Shown: piece after piece, positions 54,855 to 64,000 of the stretch
Layout: every line of letters begins with the position of its first letter
Numbering within the stretch: position 1 is the stretch's first letter
NCBI RefSeq assembly: GCF_009914755.1
Contig: NC_060931.1
Source: the human T2T-CHM13v2.0 reference genome, Homo sapiens
DNA: 64,000 nt
Direction: 5' to 3' (one strand)
Notes under the pieces: model-generated
Database searches by the model: none
What the model saw: the letters and a program-made list of their open reading frames with translations, nothing else
Told to the model about the DNA's origin: nothing
Position numbers and translations under genes: made by a program

Positions 54855-56017
54855 AGTTAGCTGACTAAGGTTTACATTTGAAGCTTGCTATAAAACATAT
54901 ATGAAAAAGCATTTGTATTTATTATATTTTAATACACATAGAAGCCTGATCTCCTAAGAAGACCTTGAGTTCCCAAAGGAAACCACTGTCTCAATTGGCT
55001 GTTTCTCATCACCAACAGATTCTTGTGTATATTAAAATCAAAAAAGAAAAAAATGAATCCCATGAATTAATTACATATACTATACCAAAAATTATGCATA
55101 GTACATTTTATTATAATATTGTGCAGAAAATGTCCCTGAAAAAAATTGGTTAAGAAATGTATATCTTCATTCTCTATGGGCCCTCCCTTATGAACATCAT
55201 AAGGTAGCTGTTTGGTGCTACATGGTGTTTTACTCAGAGCACGGCATCATCCAATGTGCCTCACAGATGTTTTTAGAGGTTCTTCACTCTTAAGAGTGTT
55301 ACAGTTTGTTAAAGAACAATGTAAGGACAAAAATGCATAAAAATGGCATTTGTTTTGATGTATATTACTTGAGTTTATAGTAGAATAATTTTACCGTAGA
55401 TATAGTTCCTTTTTTTCCTAATGATATCTGCACTGTGTGATTTTATGATCACAGTGAGTTATTCTTGGGTCTTGTGTCAACAATAATCTTTCTAGCCTGC
55501 AGGTAGTTATAATTATCTTCCTTTATGCTAAAAACTAGGAAAGGAGAGATACAGAAAACATTAAAGCATGTTGTATAAAACCTACCATAACAGATTGCTT
55601 TATTTTAAAGATCAGAAACCTTAAAATCTAATGTTGGTCTAATTTAAGTACAATAGAGCAGAAGCCATGAATTCTATATCAATGCAGATTTCCCAAGACC
55701 TTCAAAAATGACCTAATAAAGGTTAAGCTAATAAGGCATACCCTTGAAGTTTGCTATTAAGTTGAAATGAGGTAATATTAGTTTACTATTTTTCAATAAA
55801 TATAAGGTCCCACTGGTATTTTCTCTTCTAAATTTAAATTACCTTTACTCCTAAGGTTTTCAGGAGGGATGTTCAAGTGAAGATGAAGTGGTCTTAGTCA
55901 TCATAAGTATTTCGAGTCTGTTTGAGGATGTGTGTGCACACACATGTTTTTAGCATATTCATAACAACTTATTTGAAATACATATTTTTTCCAATTGAAA
56001 TAAGGTTGATAAACTGG

Positions 56018-56592
56018 CATATTGATTCCAATTGCTGCTGTAAAAAATTACAAAAAGTTTAGCAGTTTAAACAATACAAATTTACTATCCCACATTTCTG
56101 GTGGTTAGAAATCAGGTATGCGTCTCACTAGACAAAAATGCAGGTGTCAGCAGGGCTCCTTTCTGGAGGTTTTAAGGAAGAATCTGCTTCTGTGCTCATT
56201 CATGTTGTTAGCAGAATTTAGTTCCTTGCACCTACGGGACCAACAACCCTGTTTTCTTGCTGGCTGTCACCTGAGGACCATTCCCAGCTTTTAAAAATAA
56301 TTTGTAAATTTTTTTTGATATATATCGTGTTTCTTGACTCATGGTTCCATTTCTTCATCTTCAAAGACAGAGAATATGGGTGGAGTCCCTCTCAAGGTAC
56401 GTCATTAGGTCCTTCTCTGCCTTCCTCTTCTGCCATTAAGAGTGCTTGTGATTACACTGGTCTCACCTGTATAATCTCGCTATTGTAAGGTTAGCTGATT
56501 AGATAACTTGATTCTACCTGCATCCTTAATTCCCTTTTGATATATAACATATTCACAGGTCCCAGGGTTAGGACGTGGGCATCTTTGGGAAA
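56018..56592 (-). mobile_element. MLT1 (E-like) LTR
   Basis: TTGCTGCTGTAAAAAATTAC...GTGTCAGCAGGGCT...ACATATTCACAGGTCCCAGGGTTAGGACGTGGGCATCTTTGGG. Confidence 0.82.
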
Positions 56593-56925
56593 TCCATATT
56601 CAATCTGCCGCATTTTGTAATTCCCAATATCCACAGTAGCCGTGGTCAACCCAACTACTACCTACAAAACTTAGGGCAAAATAATAATAACAACAATATA
56701 ATGAAATGATCGTATTTTATATTTTAGGTCCATAATTATCATAATAAAGAAGCAAGGAACCAAAAATAAAACAGATACTTATAAAGGGTATTTGATATGG
56801 ATAGTGCCTGTGTGAGTTGTAGTCAAACAAATTTTATCGCAATTGTATTGATTGAACAATAATTCATTTTTAAATTTAATTTTAAGAGAAAGTAATATTT
56901 ATAGTGGTAATTTCTAAAACTGTGA

Positions 56926-57072
56926 GCCCAGATGTGATGGCTCATGCCTATAACCCTGGCACTTTGGGAGGCTGAAGTGGGAGGGTCACTTGAGCCCAGG
57001 AGTTTGACACTTGCCTAGCAACATGGCAAGACCCTGTCTCTACTATAATAATAATAATAATAATAAAATAAT
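56926..57072 (+). mobile_element. FLAM_C / free left Alu monomer with (TAA)n tail
   Basis: GTGATGGCTCATGCCTATAACCC...CACTTGAGCCCAGGAGTTTGA...CAAGACCCTGTCTCTA; flanks TAAAACTGTGA / TAAATTGTGA. Confidence 0.88.
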
Positions 57073-57449
57073 TAAATTGTGAAAACTGCTGAAGTCAAAG
57101 AGGTTTTAAGCTGCCTTTTGTGTACTGCAGAATGAAAGTTCTAGTTGTGGTATAAATATGGATCATAAAGATTACTTCTTAGGTAAACATGAAAAGATTT
57201 GGCATAACTACCAAAAAAAGTAATATCGAGAAATAAATTCCCAAATTTGCTTGTCCTCTGTACTATCTCAATTCATGTCAGAAGATACAGGATTGATTTT
57301 AGTTCTATCGTTGGCTAGCTCAGATTTTCATCCTTAAAATTAATTTGTAAAATTTTGTATTGATTATATCTTTCCACCAACAGTAAGAAATTTCTGCCAT
57401 CTCAGTGCTCCAAAATTTCTGTGAAAACATGGATCAATAATATGGTAAA

Positions 57450-57818
57450 TAAATGAGCTTCCTTATCCAAAAAGCTAGTGAACAGAAGTGTTCAGACTTT
57501 CAGATTTTGAGGTTTTTTTTTGGATTTTGGAATATTTACATATACATAATGAGATATCTTGAGGATGGGACCCAAGTGTAAACATGAAATTCATTTATAT
57601 TTCATGTATACCTTATACACATAGCCTGAAGGTAATTTTATACAATATTTACATAATTTCTTTAAAAAAACAGAGTTTTGACTGGGTTTTGACTGTGACT
57701 TGTCACATGAGGTCAGGTATAGAGTTTTCCACTTGTGGGGGTGTGTCAGCTTTCTAAAAGTTTCAGAATTTGAAGCAGTGTGGATTTTGTATTTTTGCAA
57801 TGGAATGCTCAATGTGTA
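57450..57818. mobile_element. Tigger4b (MER46B)-like MITE
   Basis: CCTTATCCAAAA...AGAAGTGTT...GGATGGGACCCAAGT...ACACATAGCCTGAAGGTAATTTTATACAAT...GTCACATGAGGTCAGG...ATGCTCAA. Confidence 0.85.
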
Positions 57819-59465
57819 TTTTTATTTTGGGCATCAAACTGAAGAAAGATTAATACACTTGAATATGTCCAATGGGAATGAATGATAAAATAAATAGATC
57901 TGACAATTTTTTAAAATGTTTAATGAAATTAGAGATGTTTGTCTGGAAAAAAATTATTAAGTGTCACCTAGTGTTTGTTTATATTCCACTGGCTTTTAAA
58001 GATAATGTTAGTGTAACTACTATTAAAGTACTTTACTATATCTTAATAACATATTGATATTATTATATTATTAAAATGATGGAAGCTCATTCTCCAAAAA
58101 ACTGAAGAAGCATGATTTTGGCATTTAGTGATATGCTTAGGAAGACCCTCCACATGCCACAAATATTCACCGAGTCCCTACATTCTACCAGGGTGTTCAA
58201 GGGCCATGGAACACAGTGGTGAGCTAACAACGCAACCCAGACAAAAGCAAAAACAGAATAACCAAAGGAAAAATACTTCCTCTCAGAGCTTACCTTCTCA
58301 TGGTACAAAAGAATGGACAAAATGAATAAGAAAATTGTATAGTACATCTATATTAAAATCTGCTAATTGTTCCTCAATTTTTACTCCAACCTTCTTTCAC
58401 ATAGTGATGGAGACCTCCCTTCAAGTTTTGGAAACATATCTGTCAGTTACAGTTTAGATTTTCCAGCTTCAATGTTACCTATGTGGTTCATGTGCCTAAA
58501 TTCTTATCAAGGAATTATAAGTGAAATGCGTATGTATGTGTAACTTTTGTGTCCATTACCTCAAGGGAGTCTCTTGAAAGGTTATGCTTCTGGCACTAGC
58601 AGACCAGTGGGTTTAGGCCAAACCCTCTCACGATGAGTAATTGGAAGAGCTGGAGAAAGTATAAAATAAAAATAATCTATTTGAAGACATCAGAGGAGTA
58701 TCAAGGCCAAGATGCTGGATAAAAGAGAACTCCAGAGAGATGAACCTTACATTTGATATCAATATTTACCTCTAAATAATTTGCTATTTACAAACATTAG
58801 CAGACTGGCTGAAGAGCAAACTAAAAGTAGTGGGGAGAGGCTGAGTTCTTAACAACTTTACAGGGAAAGAAAATAACAATAGATCACACTCTGTATTCCA
58901 AGTTTGTTTGTGTCTATATTTTCTTTCTTTTTGTCACTGTGTACTATGTTCCAAGTTTTTCCCTCCGAACTACTTTCTAATTTCCATATTCTCTTTGAAA
59001 CTGTGTCTACTTTTCTGTTAGAATACTGCAATAAATATTTGATTTTCATTAATGTGTTTTTCTATTTCTAGATATTCTATTTGGTTCTTTTCTATCCCAT
59101 AGGTTGCTTTTTACAGTTTTATGTTCCCTAAAGATATTTTCAAGTTTGACTTTCATTTCTTTAAAAATAACAGGCACTATTGACTTACAATTTCTATCAG
59201 ATGTCTTTGTAGATGCTGTCTGTGACATGTTTCAGCTGGTACCTATTTGCTATACCTTCTGTGCTTGGTAATTATTTTATCTTATTTTAATTTTATTTTA
59301 GGCTGCCTATTTGTCTTTGTTAATTACTCAACAGGCCTCTTGAAGCATAAGATGTTGATGACATCCTCCAGAGAAGGAATTTAATGAATTAAGTTTGTTT
59401 CCTGTACTAGCTAAATCTTATTCCAACTTTTGTCTTTTTGTGCTGTAATTTTCTCAGTGAGTATG

Positions 59466-59883
59466 TGTATTAGTCAGTTCTCTCATTGCTATATAGAAAT
59501 ACCTTTGACTGAGTAATTTATACAGAAAAGAGGTTTAATTTCATGGTTCCATAGGTTGTACAGGAAGCATGATGCTGGCATCTGCTTGGCTTCTGGGGAG
59601 GCCTCAGGAAACTTACAATCATGGCAGAAGGCAAAGATGGTACAAGTGTCTTACTTGGCAGGAGCAGAACTAAGAAAGTGGAGAGGTGCTACAGTTTTAA
59701 ACAACCAGATATCACAACAGTTCAGTCACTCACTACCACAAGTACAGCACCTAGAAGATGGCACTAACCCATTTATGAGAACTCCACCCCCATAATCCAA
59801 TTACCTCCCACCAGGCCGAACCTCCAACACTGCAGATTACAATTGGACATGTAATTTGGTGGAGAAAGATCCAAACCATATCA
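59466..59883 (-). mobile_element. MSTA/MSTB (ERVL-MaLR) solo LTR
   Basis: TGTATTAGTC...GGAAGCATGATGCTGGCATCTGCTTGGCTTCTGGGGAGGCCTCAGGAAACTTACAATCATGGC...CCAAACCATATCA; TSD GTATG / ATATG. Confidence 0.92.
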
Positions 59884-60399
59884 ATATGTTAACATTTTTG
59901 ACTATGATTGTGATTCTGTTAGCTCTTTGATATATATGTTGAGGTTGTTTGGGTCACCCAGTTACTGGGAATTTAGGTTTCAAATCCTTGCAGGAGGTGC
60001 CTTATAAATACATTGTCTCAGGAAAGTTATTTTTCTAGCTTAGCAACAATTCAATTTTCTTTGTAATTATCTAAAGAGAGTTTCCTTTGGATTCAGCATT
60101 ACAGTAAAGGATTTCTTTAGTTTTTATTTCTGCCCTGCTTGTCTCATAAATCCAACAAACTAAATGTCATTTGTGCATAGTCCAACTTCAAAGTGGCTTC
60201 AATGCTCTTCTTATTCCTCAGGGTTCTGACTTTCTCATGGATTTTGACCTGGTATTTCCCTTGTATCCTTTAGGGATTTTGAGGAATTAAAATTTATTTT
60301 CAATATTTTATGCAGCATTTAAATTTTTTATTTCTTTAAATAATCTATCAAATTTACCTCCCCAAAATATAAGTCCTCTGCTCCTAACCTTATTACTTA

Positions 60400-61920
60400 T
60401 TTCCTGTAAAAGATTTTAGTTCTATGCTTTAAGTTCTTTATTCTATCTTTTTGAATTGCCCTTTTATAAGCTGGTGATGTTGGTTGCTTTTGTTTTTTGA
60501 ATGAATGCATTTTCTTCAAAGTACCACTTAAGTAGCGTTTCCTAATTTTAAAAGCTTCAGAACATTTTCTACTTAATCCATGGATTGTATTTTTAGATTT
60601 CAAACACATTTTTCCTACCAGTCTAATTATTGGTTTCTAACCAATTTCACTGTGAAAAAAAAAAAGAGTAAGTTCTATAGGCAACTAATATTTTTAATGA
60701 GTTGTGGCTTATGTCATGACCTATAAAAATGTCAATTTTTAGAAATAGAACAGTCCACTGTTGTGTGCAAAGTTCTCTCTCTGGCTCTCTCTACATGAGA
60801 TATATATGTTAGTATAGCTTGTTAATTGTGTTTTTCCAATCTGCTATGTATGTTCTATCTGCTTAGACTATCACTTTTGAGAAAGACATGTTAAAATCAT
60901 CCATTATTATTTCTTAGTACATTTTTCTATGTTTCTGTCAACACTTCTTTTAATGTTAGGAGACCATATTTTGGGGTGTATATACATTCTCAATGATAAT
61001 ATCTTCTACTAGTTTATTTCTTTAATCATCATGTATTGATTATCTTAGCACTTATTTATTCTTACACCTCATGCTGTTTGATGCCTACTTTTCTTAATAT
61101 CTCCCTATAGAGTCTTCCTGTCTTATTGTCTTTTAAACATATTTATTTTATGGGACATATAGCTAGATTTTTAATGCAATTTATATCTTAGGGTTTTAGC
61201 AGATTATTAGCAATTATTACGACTTATTACAAATATTTCAATTAACTTTTATTTTGGCTTTTTCCCTCTTTCTGCAGCAGTTTTTCAATGTGTCATTTTT
61301 TTGTTATTAATGTCTTTCTTCCTTTATTCTTTCTTTTTACATTAGAAGTACAATTTAAATTTAAAGTTTCTCTCATTAAATTAACATATGACTTTTTTTT
61401 AATTTTAGCAAAGTTTGATGTTTTTAACTTTTTCCCTTTTATTCTTGAGTAGAACTTTCAATTAATGTGTTTTGTTGCCCCTTGTGTTCCGTCACTTACA
61501 TCACCTATATTATTTGTGCTAAAGTTTAATTCTTAATTTTTAATCATAAAAATAGAAGTATTATTTTTAATGGCCTATAATTAATTAGATTCAACAATAT
61601 GTTTGCTAATTCTCCTGGGTTTAATTTTTTTCTTGGCAAAGTGTGTTTGTTCCCAATAGTTCTTTCTCAGAAAGTTTTTAGGTGGTAAAATGTTTTAACA
61701 CATTTAAATAATAATGTTGTTATTTTATTCCAGTGTTATTCATTGAAAAATATTTTATTTGGCTATATCAGTCCAGATTGACAAATATTTTCCCTCAGCA
61801 CTTGTGAGGCACGACATCATCTTCTTGCATGTATTTTTGCTGCTGAATACATCATTAGCTTCATTATCACTCCCTTGTAAGATAGCTGTCCTTCTGCATA
61901 GCCGTTAGATATTTGTTTCC
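60400..61920 (-). mobile_element. Very old L1 (ORF2 5' / ORF1 side) fragments
   Basis: T-rich strand with CCATGGATTG...ATGTCAATTTTTAGAAA...ATGTTAAAATCATCCATTATT. Confidence 0.45.
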
Positions 61921-62044
61921 TTAATTTTTCCCAATATAGTATTATAAACAATTTCAAATTCATGGCAAAGTTGACACAATGTGAGCCAGTGAATACTTGT
62001 GTTACTACCACATATTATGCTATATCTGCTTCATTTCTCTCTCA

Positions 62045-62050
62045 TACACA

Positions 62051-62081
<31 letters not shown>

Positions 62082-62101
62082 GCACGTGCACACACACACA
62101 C
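62045..62101. repeat. (CA)n microsatellite with CG/TG interruptions
   Basis: Continuous alternating purine-pyrimidine tract of ~57 bp. Confidence 0.95.
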
Positions 62102-62181
62102 GTATTCCAATATCTATTTTCTTTGGATGACTTGCAAACTTAATCTTAGATTTGATTTAATTAAAAAGTATCGCTATTCAT

Positions 62182-62480
<299 letters not shown>

Positions 62481-62509
62481 GATCGCTATTCATAATTACA
62501 TTCATAATT

Positions 62510-63400
62510 AACAGTCTTTTTAAGGTATGATAGTAACGTAATGAACTGTGTATTTTAAGTGTAGAATTTAATAAGTTTTGGCTAAATTCATCATTACAAT
62601 CAAGATAATGAATGTAATCATCAAAAAAAGGCATCCCTTGTCTCTGCACAACACATCCCTCAACCCTCCTTCACCAAGCAAACAATTATCTGTTTTCTTA
62701 CACTACCATTTCCAAAGTGTTAGTTTACATTTCCAAAAATTTTATTTTATGATTTATACAATATGTCTTCTTTCCATCTGGCTTTTCTCACTGAGTGTAA
62801 TTTTTTTAGATTAGCTTATATTGCAGTGTATATCAATAATTCATTATGTTTTTATTGCTGAGTAATATTTCATTATATGGATACACTACAGTTTACTTAT
62901 CCATTCATATGTTCATGGGTGTTTGGGTGCTTTCCAATTGTTGGCTATTGCAAATAAAGGTGCTCTGAGTAGTTTTTGTGCTAGGCTTTGCATGGACATA
63001 TGCTTTCCTTCTTTGGGGTGAATATGTAGTAATGCAATGATTATTTTACCTGGTGGTGTGTATTTAAATTTTCAAGGAACTGTCGAATTGTTTTCCAAAC
63101 TATTTGTAGATATTGCAATGCAAGATAATTCCATGTATACATGTTGTTCCCAATGCTTGTATTTTTAACGTTGATCATTCTAATAGGTGTGTCCTGGCAC
63201 CACTGATTTCTATTAATGACTAATGATGTCGAGTATTCTTTCATGTGCTTAGTTGTCTGTAAAACTTCCATGGTTAATTGCCAAATAACATTTTTGCTCA
63301 TTTTTAATTGGATTGTTCTGTTACTATTGAGTTTTGAGAATGTGTATTCTGGATTCAATTTCTCTATTAGATGTAAGATCTGCAAACATTTTCTTCCCGT
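62510..63400 (-). mobile_element. Old L1MD/ME-like 3'UTR and ORF2 end
   Basis: ACTGTGTATTTTAAGTGTAG...TTTTTATTGCTGAGTAATATTTCATTATATGGAT...ATGACTAATGATGTCGAG. Confidence 0.8.
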
Positions 63401-64000
63401 CTGGGATAAAAGGTATAGGATATCTACACAGCACACCCCAATGAGATGCTCAAATGTTCTTTTTTCCAATGATAAAAGTAAAGTAGTTACTTAAGTTTGT
63501 TTACTCATTTTCTGGGGAAACAAAAGACTGAGGCTTGTGCTCTGTTAAGATGCATTTTTGAAATTTTGTAATTCTATGGAACTCAATATTTATACTAAAA
63601 TTTAATATATCTTATATGTTTGTAATGTAATGCTTTTTTACAAGTCATGTAAGAAAAATAAGAGATTCTCATCTTTCCAGTGTTACACACAAAAATAGAG
63701 CAGAAAATACTTTCAATATCTGCAGTTAAACACATCAACATGAATGGGATAATCTAGCAGAGGCCATTATTTAGATACTTAATATTTGATTGAGACAATT
63801 TAGTTATTAAAATCATTTTTACTTACTTGTAATGGTATAAAAGTACATTATGGCTATATTAAGATTGTAATATCAGGCATATAAAGACAAGGAAATTGAA
63901 CAATCTACATTTCTTTCAGCAATGTTATCATAGCCACTCAAGTTTTAAAATATGTATTTATTATCAAATAATCAATCTTATTGAAAGTAAATTAATCACT

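Overview
Primate (hominoid, probably human) AT-rich non-genic or deep-intronic DNA dominated by transposable elements. I find no host protein-coding exon, RNA gene, CpG island or CRISPR array; nearly all ORFs in the track are Alu/L1/LTR read-throughs or chance. Main contents: (1) an ancient ERV-L pol fossil on the minus strand (RT, RNase H, integrase, dUTPase; ~1-2600); (2) a ~5.45 kb L1PA3-type LINE-1 with a twin-priming inversion, a 17-bp TSD and an uninterrupted 338-aa ORF1 (47214-52661); (3) seven dimeric Alus plus two monomers; (4) MaLR, ERV1 and ERVL solo LTRs; (5) DNA-transposon relics (MER46C, MER1, MER53, MER58A, Tigger4b); (6) old L1M, L2 and MIR fragments and microsatellites. The less obvious observations are local copy/rearrangement scars, an old L1 with its 5'UTR fused directly to its 3' end (possible spliced element), and loss of the DUX4-motif segment in two MaLR LTRs. 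I cannot support a new biological system from this sequence alone. Subfamily names come from recalled consensus sequences and need RepeatMasker/Dfam confirmation; boundaries of old elements are approximate.
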